From contig OY970126.1 in the NCBI GenBank assembly GCA_963705915.1, positions 751,893 to 815,892 on the forward strand: a stretch of 64,000 nucleotides of DNA. Direction: 5' to 3'. The position numbers were made by a program, and so were the translations under genes. Positions 29,381 through 37,236 of this stretch are shown in pieces; position 1 is the first letter of the stretch; each line of letters opens with the position of its first letter. Source of the stretch: an uncultured bacterium. GTDB taxonomy: Bacteria; Patescibacteriota; Minisyncoccia; UBA6257; 2-01-FULL-56-20. A model generated the notes under the pieces. That model had not been told where the DNA came from. It worked only from the letters and a program-made list of their open reading frames with translations, and searched no databases.

Positions 29381-29408
29381 GGTTCGAACATCATCCACGA
29401 GTCCCCGC
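29381..29408 (+). repeat. Array site copy 4 GGTTCGAACATCATCCACGAGTCCCCGC
   Basis: Direct repeat read from the sequence. Confidence 0.9.
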
Positions 29409-29539
29409 ATTAAGTAGGATGGAGGATTCTCAACAGGAGCATTGTGATTGACTCCTTTCAATCTTGGCCCGCCATCAAGGTTGATGGAATTTTGAGCAGA
29501 TAAAAAAGTGGGCATCCAATGGATGCCCTGACACTTTGA

Positions 29540-29689
29540 TCAGTGAGTCGATGCAGTACGCAAGAACTCGGCGGTTGTTTTCGTAAGAAGGTCGATCCGG
29601 CCGCTAGAGACGAGAAATAGTTGTTGGTAAAGATCGTCACTCAGCAGTGACGGATCAATGTCGTCGATGGTTTTTTCTGCGCCTTCCAT
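29540..29689 (-). CDS. Hypothetical 49-aa acidic protein (MEGAEKTIDDIDPSLLSDDLYQQLFLVSSGRIDLLTKTTAEFLRTASTH); cassette 5
   Basis: Translated manually (absent from the ORF track); SD GGGGAGG; promoter TTGCAA-N17-TATCAT near repeat 5; terminator GGGCATCC-AAT-GGATGCCC at about 29510-29528. Confidence 0.65.
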   Translation of the reverse strand: MEGAEKTIDDIDPSLLSDDLYQQLFLVSSGRIDLLTKTTAEFLRTASTH

Positions 29690-29751
29690 AATGCCTCCCC
29701 AAACTACTCAGATGATAGTTCTGTTAGTTACCATTTGCAACTATCGCAAAC

Positions 29752-29779
29752 GGTTCGAACATCGTCCACGAGCGCCCGC
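29752..29779 (+). repeat. Array site copy 5 GGTTCGAACATCGTCCACGAGCGCCCGC
   Basis: Direct repeat read from the sequence. Confidence 0.9.
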
Positions 29780-29892
29780 CAATATTGACACAAACCATTT
29801 TTAATGGTATTCTGTACACGTTCTTTGAAAGCTAATTTAAAGCACGACCCCGTTCTTCGCCGAACATTGTCGTGCAGAAAAGGATAACAACC

Positions 29893-30501
29893 ATGAGCGA
29901 ACTCATGCTCGATGTTGGCCAAGCAAATGAATTGAAGCTCGCGTTTCGCAGGGCGGGTTATTCAAATGCTGATATCAAACGTCTCTGCGAAGAAGTGACG
30001 CTCGCGGACTTTCGTAAAGTACTTTACGGACTCGCCGAAATCAACCCCCTGACGCATGTCATTGATTGCGATGCGTTTCCTTGTGAGTATGATTGCTGGG
30101 ATTTGGTGTCCCATCAAAAGGGAGGCTCCCTGACATGGGACTCAAAACGCTTTTCCCTTTTCGTTCACGAACTTCAGCAAAAAGGAAATACTCTCGACGG
30201 CTATGCAATTCGCGGCAGCCTAAAGAATACGGCCGGAAAGATAGTTTTGAATGCCAACGTTCTTGACTATCTTCTCATGCATCCACGTCTCATACCCGAT
30301 GAGTGGAAAGAGAGAGTGAACAACGAGCCTCTACGTGTTTTTTTCTGGGGGACCATTTATTGTCTCAAAGATTCCACCGTAAGCCCACACTATGTGCGTT
30401 GCTTGCTTTGGTCCCAGAGTGATCGTGAATGGGCAGGGGATTATCGCCGACTTGATAAACAATGGAGCGAGCGTGATCCCGCAGCCCTATGGTCGGAGTA
30501 G
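29893..30501 (+). CDS. Hypothetical protein (MSELMLDVGQANELKLAFRRAG...NANVLDYLL...FFWGTIY); unit after repeat 5
   Basis: TTGACA-N17-TATTCT at 29785-29813; SD AAAGGA; terminator ATCCCCG...CGGGGAT-T run at 30511-30546. Confidence 0.8.
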   Translation: MSELMLDVGQANELKLAFRRAGYSNADIKRLCEEVTLADFRKVLYGLAEINPLTHVIDCDAFPCEYDCWDLVSHQKGGSLTWDSKRFSLFVHELQQKGNTLDGYAIRGSLKNTAGKIVLNANVLDYLLMHPRLIPDEWKERVNNEPLRVFFWGTIYCLKDSTVSPHYVRCLLWSQSDREWAGDYRRLDKQWSERDPAALWSE

Positions 30502-30608
30502 ATATATCTCATCCCCGTGTCTGGTTTTGCCAGCGCGGGGATTTTTCACTATCAATTTCGTCGCTGAGGTCGACTTCAGCATGGGATCGTCCTTTAAGCT
30601 TGATAAGC

Positions 30609-30977
30609 CTAATGACGATGGACGAGGCCGCTTACCTTCTCTTGTATGAAAACATAAGAAAATCGAAGGAAGGAAGCTCCCCATCCGATTGTCATCCATT
30701 GGAGGAGGTAGGAGATTGGCAGAAAGAGGTGTTCGAACGGTGGCATGGACGCAAGGGGAAACGACAACGGATTAAAGATAAGAACGAAGACAAGTGCAAG
30801 CCAATACGTGAAGCAAGATCCACAGGTAAGCGCGTGGGACACGCCGTTGAGGTGGCCGCCGAGCCATGCTTTCCATCGCGGGTGATCTTCCAGCCAATTA
30901 CGCCAAAGTACTGCCGCTCCGGCGAGCGCAGCGGTCGATATGAAATATGTTGCGATGAGTTGTTCAAATATAGTCAT
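30609..30977 (-). CDS. Small membrane protein with CxxC (DUF1360-like)
   Basis: Three hydrophobic segments; LTCGSCFTYW. Confidence 0.6.
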   Translation of the reverse strand: MTIFEQLIATYFISTAALAGAAVLWRNWLEDHPRWKAWLGGHLNGVSHALTCGSCFTYWLALVFVLIFNPLSFPLASMPPFEHLFLPISYLLQWMTIGWGASFLRFSYVFIQEKVSGLVHRH

Positions 30978-31016
30978 AAAAAGATGGGCGGGAAATGATT
31001 CCCGCCCAATGTGTTG

Positions 31017-31760
31017 TTAAAGGAGCGCTTGGATCTCGCGGGCTTCCGGTGTGATGGAATAGGCGAACGGCAGAAAGCATTGCATGAGTTTCACGGTCTC
31101 CGCGAGGAGGTGAGTGAAGACGGATTGCGTCATCGTCTGAATCCTCTCGGCCTCCGGCGCATACTTGATCATGCCGTCCATGACCTCAAGGTTGATGAGC
31201 GAACAACTGCAGTCGCAGTTGTGATTGAGGATTCGCCCGGTATGTCTGAACATCACGGCGTTCACGTGGATCTGGAACGTGAATACCAGGCCCGTCGCAT
31301 GCAGTGCGGAATCCACGAGCATGTAATGATGCGGCAGAGTTCCCGAGGATTGTTCTTTAATGATGGATTTTTCCTCTTCAGGATTTTCGCGGCATGCAAG
31401 ATGTGCAAGCGAATTCCAGACAACGGCCGAGACGCGGTTGCCGTAGCATGCAGCCAGTTCCTCGATGGCCTCAAGCGCTTTTACTTTGAGCTCGCGCTTC
31501 GGATCGTCGTCTTGTGGATCGAATCGAGAACGGTTGAACGGCGATGCGAATCCCGCGCCCAATGCAGCGAGCACGGCGAGCGCGTTGTCTTCGAAGTCGT
31601 GTTCGCGGGCGTAGGCGAGATGTGCGTAAGCCCGGTCCACGAGGTCCGGATGGAAATTTTGTGATTCGAGCAGGGGCCACGGGTCGGGGAGCCTCACGGT
31701 TGCTTTGGCGCTCGTGAGGTCGATCCACTTCATACATGGATCAATGGAAGGATAATTCAT
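31017..31760 (-). CDS. Hypothetical 247-aa protein with HNCDCSC motif
   Basis: SD AAAGGAGG; promoter TTGACC-N17-TACTAT; terminator GGCGGGAA...TTCCCGCC at about 30987-31007. Confidence 0.7.
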   Translation of the reverse strand: MNYPSIDPCMKWIDLTSAKATVRLPDPWPLLESQNFHPDLVDRAYAHLAYAREHDFEDNALAVLAALGAGFASPFNRSRFDPQDDDPKRELKVKALEAIEELAACYGNRVSAVVWNSLAHLACRENPEEEKSIIKEQSSGTLPHHYMLVDSALHATGLVFTFQIHVNAVMFRHTGRILNHNCDCSCSLINLEVMDGMIKYAPEAERIQTMTQSVFTHLLAETVKLMQCFLPFAYSITPEAREIQALL

Positions 31761-31817
31761 GCTTTCCTCCTTTGGAAAGGACTATGGTCATAGTATGAGC
31801 GTCCACGGTATCGGTCA

Positions 31818-31839
31818 AATTATTTGCAAATAATTCGCA
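31818..31839. promoter_or_regulatory. Palindromic operator, likely Fur/Zur-type box
   Basis: Perfect 18-bp palindrome AATTATTTGCAAATAATT overlapping a 7-1-7 TGCAAAT-A-ATTCGCA, just upstream of the fur-family gene. Confidence 0.55.
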
Positions 31840-31858
31840 TTTAGAATAAGGTGAGATT

Positions 31859-32296
31859 ATGGCACGTGATGTATTTAAAACAATGCTCAGAAAAAGCGGC
31901 TATAAAGCAACCCCATCGCGGCTCGCGATTTTGGCAGTTTTTAAGGCCTCAAAACGACCGATGAGCGTGCAGGGCATCCTGGGTGAGTTGCCAAAAAATA
32001 TTGACCAAGCTACGGTGTATCGCACAATTAATGCGCTGAAGAAAAAAGGGATCATCAGGCAGATCGACCTGCGTCACAATCATGCCCATTATGAGCTCGC
32101 GAACATCGCCGAGCATCATCACCTCATCTGTCTCCACTGCGGAAAGATCGAGGACGTGCATCATTGCGGCATCGAAGCGATGGAGAGCGCCGTACTTAAG
32201 AGCTCAAAGCATTTTGCGGAAATACGACAACATGCGTTGGAATTTTATGGCATCTGTACGTCGTGCGCCAAAATAGGCAGCATTGGCGCTCGGTAG
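31859..32296 (+). CDS. Fur family transcriptional regulator
   Basis: KATPSR, ATVYRT, HHHLICLHCG, YGICTSC. Confidence 0.93.
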   Translation: MARDVFKTMLRKSGYKATPSRLAILAVFKASKRPMSVQGILGELPKNIDQATVYRTINALKKKGIIRQIDLRHNHAHYELANIAEHHHLICLHCGKIEDVHHCGIEAMESAVLKSSKHFAEIRQHALEFYGICTSCAKIGSIGAR

Positions 32297-32330
32297 AAAA
32301 AAGAGAAGCCGATATAACGGCCGCCGTTTT

Positions 32331-32948
32331 TTATTTCCGTTTTCTCCACTCCACGAGTTTTCCTGCTTTCCTTTCGAGGGGATGTGCACGGCGGAGGCTT
32401 CGGCGTGTTCGCCGTGGTGCGATTCGTTCATAGGGACCACGGTCGGCTTTATAGGAAATGGTATCCAGGTTTTTCTTCGTAACGAGCCACGCCGATCCGT
32501 AGTTGCTACTCAGATCTAATGGCTTCACGAAACCGACCATGGTTTTCCGCCCGCTATCCAAGAAGTATTCATTAAAATATGACATGGCGAGTTCGCGCGG
32601 CGTTGTATACACGGGATCGCGGTAGCGCAAGACGGCATGATTTGTTTTGCTCACCGCTCCCCATAGGCCGTTTTCTTTGAACAACGCGACGACGTGGTTT
32701 TGATCGCCATCTGCGGTCTTTAAATAGAGGAGTAAAGGTTTTCTGCCGTGATACCAAAAAGCGGCAGCGGCTAGCGTGGCTCCTTCCATGCAATGGGCGG
32801 TTCTTTTCTGGAGAACGAAGAGCGGCGACCGGCACGTTTCGCCAAAATTTATCGGAAGGCCGTCCAAAAAATCCTGGATCTTCGACGCGTTGTCCAACTT
32901 ATCCAACGCTTTAAACTTTTCCCGGAGATGCGCTGGGAATTTTTTCAT
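32331..32948 (-). CDS. Conserved hypothetical protein, transglutaminase-like Cys-His core
   Basis: AHCMEGA...HVVALF...WGAVSKTN. Confidence 0.7.
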   Translation of the reverse strand: MKKFPAHLREKFKALDKLDNASKIQDFLDGLPINFGETCRSPLFVLQKRTAHCMEGATLAAAAFWYHGRKPLLLYLKTADGDQNHVVALFKENGLWGAVSKTNHAVLRYRDPVYTTPRELAMSYFNEYFLDSGRKTMVGFVKPLDLSSNYGSAWLVTKKNLDTISYKADRGPYERIAPRRTRRSLRRAHPLERKAGKLVEWRKRK

Positions 32949-33015
32949 GGATTCATTATATCAGGGAGTGGTCCTGGCGATGTACAATTGCTTAAAGTGT
33001 TATATAGTATGAGCT

Positions 33016-33678
33016 ATGCAAGATAGGTTCCAAAATATACGGGCTGTCGGGTTCGACCTTGATGGCACGCTTTACGCGCAAACACCGGAGATGGATGAAA
33101 AAATCGTCGAGCTTTTTGCTCAAAAAATCTTAGAGCGACGGCCCGATCTGAAGACGCTTGAATATGCGAGGGAGTTCTCGCAAGAAAAATATAGAGAGCT
33201 CGAAAGCCGAAAAAAAACGTTGGAATTGGTTGGATATGAAAATGCCGGCGAAATCATGGAAGAAATTTTTCGGCAGGCGGACGGCTCGCAATTTTTAGGG
33301 CGAGACGATAAGTTGGTCAAGCTTTTAGAAGACATAAGGAGCGCCAAGGAGTATATGTATATTGTGACGACTGCACCGCAAGAAGAAGCAAAGAAAAAAC
33401 TAGAGAAGCTTGGCGTGGATGAGGCTCTGTTCAACGTCATCATCTGCGGGGATAGTCCGATTATTGCACAAAAACCGAAGAGTGAAGTTGTATTTCATCA
33501 CATGATTGAAATGTCGGGTATTCCAGCAGAAAATCATGTCTACATCGGTGATCGGGAAAAATCAGACGTGCTCGCTCCGAAGGCGGTCAGCATGAAAACT
33601 ATTGCAGTTGCGAATGAGATTTCTAGTGCCGACGCGCAGGTCGCCCAAATTTATGATATAAGAGCGATACTTCTATGA
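33016..33678 (+). CDS. HAD family hydrolase
   Basis: FDLDGTL, YIGDREKSD. Confidence 0.88.
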   Translation: MQDRFQNIRAVGFDLDGTLYAQTPEMDEKIVELFAQKILERRPDLKTLEYAREFSQEKYRELESRKKTLELVGYENAGEIMEEIFRQADGSQFLGRDDKLVKLLEDIRSAKEYMYIVTTAPQEEAKKKLEKLGVDEALFNVIICGDSPIIAQKPKSEVVFHHMIEMSGIPAENHVYIGDREKSDVLAPKAVSMKTIAVANEISSADAQVAQIYDIRAILL

Positions 33679-34256
33679 GCGATACTATAACCGATAAAAA
33701 ATATCTTATCTTGATGGCTGGATTGCCTGGCACTGGAAAATCAACCACGGCGCGAAGGCTTGCTGATAGCCTCCATTATCAATATATTTCTCAAAACGAT
33801 GTGCGGCGGGAGCATGGCATGAAGGATATGCCGGCGCACCAAGAGGCCGTATTGCGCGACGTCGATCGGCGCGTTTTCCGGGCTCTTTCTGAGGATAAGG
33901 GGGTCGTCCTCGATGCTGCTCATCGTGCAGGCCATCGGAGACACCAACTATATGGGATCGCATCTGGATTTGGCGTTGACGTCGTTGTTCTCGAATGTGT
34001 CGCGTCTGAAAGGGAAGCGAAGCGAAGGATGCAGGTGAGGCCGGAAAGCGACGGACTCGTTGTTGATGCGTGGAATCCTGCGGTGTACGATCGTGTCGCC
34101 GCAGGCTGGGAAAGAGTTGATGCAGATTTCTCCGATATTTCTGATCATGTCGCTCACATCGTTTATAATACGGAAACGAAAAAGGTGACGATGCCGAGGG
34201 CCGGGAAATCGGAGGTGTTTTTTAAAGAGGTAAAAAAGATTCTTTTGGCGGATTGA
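33675..34256 (+). CDS. P-loop kinase (AAA_33-like)
   Basis: GLPGTGKST, VVLDA. Confidence 0.85.
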   Translation: MSDTITDKKYLILMAGLPGTGKSTTARRLADSLHYQYISQNDVRREHGMKDMPAHQEAVLRDVDRRVFRALSEDKGVVLDAAHRAGHRRHQLYGIASGFGVDVVVLECVASEREAKRRMQVRPESDGLVVDAWNPAVYDRVAAGWERVDADFSDISDHVAHIVYNTETKKVTMPRAGKSEVFFKEVKKILLAD

Positions 34257-34298
34257 AATTACTATCAATCTCGCGTCGTTTCTACTACTATATAGAAA

Positions 34299-35438
34299 AT
34301 GGGTATTAGCGGAAGAAAGTGGCTTGTTGTAGTTCTCCTGATTGTCTGCGCCGCAGGCGGTGTTTTTGCGTTTATGCATTATCCGCGGACACTTGTTGTT
34401 GGGAGCGATGGCGTTGCGGCGCTCGATGCGAGTGGTACCAGCCAGGATCCGCCAACGTCCGTGGCGACAACGTCGGTTCTCGACGTCGCTGCCTATGAAG
34501 CGAAACTCCAAGAGATTGCGAATGTTCCGCTCGTGCCCGTGTATAGCACAACCACGATAATGCGGGGGACGTCGACAATCGTCGTCCGAACGTCGACCCT
34601 TGAGCGTGCAGAGAGTGTGTGGCCAGTGAAGACTGCGCCGCTTCCGCTCGCAGGAGCCCTGTTGCCCTTCAACCGAATCGTCGCATACTACGGAAATTTT
34701 TATTCCGCACAAATGGGGGTACTCGGCGAATATCCGGAAGGCCAGGTGCTTGCTATGCTCGCATCGACGTCTGCACTGTGGGCCGCAGCCGACCCTTCAA
34801 CGCCCGTGATTCCCGCGATTGACTATATCGCGGTGACGGCGCAGGGGAGTCCTGGTCCCGACGGTAAATATCGTTTGCGGATGCCGCCGGACCAAATCGA
34901 GAAAGCGATCGATATGGCGAACCAGCTTCACGGCATCGTCTTCCTTGATGTCCAAGTCGGCGACAGCAACGTTGAAACAGAAGTGCCGCTCCTCGCGCAG
35001 TACCTCAAGTTGCCGAATGTGGAACTTTCGATCGATCCGGAGTTTGCGATGCATAATGGCGCGCGGCCGGGGACGGTGATCGGTTCGCTCGACGCGTCGG
35101 ACGTCAACTTCGCCGCAAATTTTTTGGCAAACATCGTCACGCAAGATAATGTGCCGCCGAAGATTCTTGTCGTCCATCGTTTTACGCAGGCGATGGTGAC
35201 AAACTATCAAAACATCACGCCGTTGCCGCAGGTACAGGTTGTTATGGATATGGATGGCTTCGGCCCGCCAGCAGAAAAATTTACGACATACCAGGACTTC
35301 ATCGCGCCGGAGCCCGTGCAGTTCACGGGGTTCAAGTTATTTTTCCAGAATGACATTCGCGTGCCGGGCAGCCATCTTCTCACACCTCAGGAAGTGCTCA
35401 AACTGAGCCCGCAACCGAGCTATATCCAATATCAATAG
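34299..35438 (+). CDS. Conserved exported hypothetical protein
   Basis: N-terminal TM; RIVAYYG, FLDVQVG, IDPEF, MDMDGFG, FTGFKLF. Confidence 0.75.
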   Translation: MGISGRKWLVVVLLIVCAAGGVFAFMHYPRTLVVGSDGVAALDASGTSQDPPTSVATTSVLDVAAYEAKLQEIANVPLVPVYSTTTIMRGTSTIVVRTSTLERAESVWPVKTAPLPLAGALLPFNRIVAYYGNFYSAQMGVLGEYPEGQVLAMLASTSALWAAADPSTPVIPAIDYIAVTAQGSPGPDGKYRLRMPPDQIEKAIDMANQLHGIVFLDVQVGDSNVETEVPLLAQYLKLPNVELSIDPEFAMHNGARPGTVIGSLDASDVNFAANFLANIVTQDNVPPKILVVHRFTQAMVTNYQNITPLPQVQVVMDMDGFGPPAEKFTTYQDFIAPEPVQFTGFKLFFQNDIRVPGSHLLTPQEVLKLSPQPSYIQYQ

Positions 35439-35492
35439 CAAAAACGGCGCATTGGCCATGATTTTTGGTTATGGTATAATGGCCTAGTAGTC

Positions 35493-35972
35493 ATGGAAGC
35501 CGCTATTAAAAACCGAATTCCGGACTCGGTGGTACCGTTTCCGGACGGTCTATGGAATCAAGTTAAATATGTCTTTTGGAAAGCGATAACGCCCGGATAT
35601 CTTTGGGGATTGCATCTTCTTTTACGAATGCGGATTTTGCGTCACGATTTTCGCCAGAATTTTGTTTTGGGTAACCTCGCGCCCGGAAAATCGATGGATG
35701 CGTTCGTGCAATACCTCCACAGCAGAGGCTTTTATAATCATTTCATCGCATGGGAAGACCCGGATCAATTTATCAGCCTTCGCAAACTGGAGGGCTTTGA
35801 ATGGCAGTATCACCTCCGTGTCTTTCGCGACGGCGAAGTGCGGGGCCATTACGAATACACGCCGGAATCGCATCCGCGATTGCACCTCAAAGAAATTGGG
35901 TTTGAACCCCGCCGCGAAGTTTTTCTCAGCCTTCTTGGTGATTGGATTGTGCCGAGTTTGAAGGAAAAATAA
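35493..35972 (+). CDS. Hypothetical protein
   Basis: Clean ORF after TGGTATAAT; QYHLRVF..GEVRGHYE. Confidence 0.7.
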   Translation: MEAAIKNRIPDSVVPFPDGLWNQVKYVFWKAITPGYLWGLHLLLRMRILRHDFRQNFVLGNLAPGKSMDAFVQYLHSRGFYNHFIAWEDPDQFISLRKLEGFEWQYHLRVFRDGEVRGHYEYTPESHPRLHLKEIGFEPRREVFLSLLGDWIVPSLKEK

Positions 35973-37209
35973 GACCCCAAACCAGCGCGGCCACGTTGCG
36001 TGCCGGGCCTTTGAGCGGATAGTGATGGAGATCGATGAAGGGCAGGCTGTTGCATTCGATGACGCCGCAGCGCTGCTCTCGCCACGAGCGGCCCATGTCG
36101 AGAATCATAAAATCAATGCCGACGAGCGGGTCGTCGAGCGTGCGCGCGATTTTCAAAAATAATTCCTGATTATCGGGATGAATATGTTCCATTTCCGTCG
36201 TCGACGCTCCGAATGAGCGGCTTACTTTTGGATGGAGGATAATCATTGTATGTTTCGGAGGGATGGCATTGAGCGTGATGTGCTCAGCGGCAAGCATTGA
36301 TGGATCGACTTCGAGCTTGTGGAAGATCGGCCCTTCGCGCAACGGATTTTTATTTTCTTCATCGATGAGTTCTTGGAGCGTATGTTTGCCGTCGCCTATC
36401 ACATGCGGCGGCTCGCGGCGCATCACGCCTGCGACTTTGCCGCCGACGAGCGTCACGCGGAACACAAACCCCGGCAATTCTTCCTCGACAACGACGCGCG
36501 GCGAAATTTCTTTTGCTTTCAAAAATGCGGCGCGCAGGTCTTCGATCGTCGTGATATGCATATACGTATGGCGACTGCGCGATCCGAGCGCGGGCTTCAC
36601 GATGACGGCGTCCGGTGTGTCGCTCGCCGCAGTCCCTTGGTGAGTACTTCCCTCGCGGCCACGTTGCTCCATTAAAATTTTATGAAATAGCGTTTCAGCC
36701 TGATCGGTCGTTTTTGCTGAACCGCCACGGGGGACCGGGATGCCAGCTCGAGTAAACTTTTCGAGCATAACGCCTTTGTCGTCCATCCAATCTTGCGCCC
36801 GGTCGTTTGCAAGGCGTGGTCGGGGTAAGCCGTCAAACACGCGGGTGTCGCCGTTATAGCTTGCGAAGAATATGTTTCTTGGAAGTCCGAATGGTCGGAA
36901 TTCCCGCATCACTATGCCGCGTCGTTCGGCTTCTTCCCAAAGGACACGCGTGCGGTCGGTGTTCTTTTCATCAGGCTTTTTCATGACCGTGCCCAGCCTG
37001 AGCGCGGCGCAGAGACCGAATATAAAGGGCGCCATTCGTCCCGGTTTTACGAATGCGACGGCCGGGCGCACGCTGTTCCAGGTTATTTCGAGCGGTGCGA
37101 GAAGATAGCCAAAAAATGTATCCATGCGGACATTCCATCGCTCGACGGCGTGCGAAACCGTTGCCGGTCCGCAATCGGGGCAGGTGATGGCTCGCGAGGC
37201 GGCTTCCAT
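35926..37209 (-). CDS. ATP-grasp ligase related to the cyanophycin synthetase N-terminal half
   Basis: DDK...GIPVPRG, VIVKP, REPPHVIGDG, GIDF, VIECN. Confidence 0.75.
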   Translation of the reverse strand: MEAASRAITCPDCGPATVSHAVERWNVRMDTFFGYLLAPLEITWNSVRPAVAFVKPGRMAPFIFGLCAALRLGTVMKKPDEKNTDRTRVLWEEAERRGIVMREFRPFGLPRNIFFASYNGDTRVFDGLPRPRLANDRAQDWMDDKGVMLEKFTRAGIPVPRGGSAKTTDQAETLFHKILMEQRGREGSTHQGTAASDTPDAVIVKPALGSRSRHTYMHITTIEDLRAAFLKAKEISPRVVVEEELPGFVFRVTLVGGKVAGVMRREPPHVIGDGKHTLQELIDEENKNPLREGPIFHKLEVDPSMLAAEHITLNAIPPKHTMIILHPKVSRSFGASTTEMEHIHPDNQELFLKIARTLDDPLVGIDFMILDMGRSWREQRCGVIECNSLPFIDLHHYPLKGPARNVAALVWGLIFPSNSAQSNHQEG

Positions 37210-37236
37210 AGCCCCATCATACTCGAAGAAAAAACT

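Noticed and set aside
28408-29779. CRISPR array interpretation of the 28-bp repeats
   Set aside because: Intervals are about 180-360 bp and contain whole transcription units, the repeats are degenerate, and there are no cas genes in the window.
28408-29779. Classical integron attC sites or plain duplicated tRNA 3' ends
   Set aside because: No RYYYAAC...GTTRRRY palindromic structure and no intI. Beyond GGTTCGAA the repeat does not match the tRNA-Ser 3' sequence and cannot form its T-stem or acceptor stem.
31011-31664. 217-aa plus-strand ORF and other long antisense ORFs (e.g. 22467-23309, 37150-37980, 14809-15528)
   Set aside because: Shadow frames opposite genes that have clear motifs or expression signals.
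31799-31807. CGTCCACG partial match to the repeat
   Set aside because: Only 8 bp, lacks TTCGAA, and lies within a promoter spacer.
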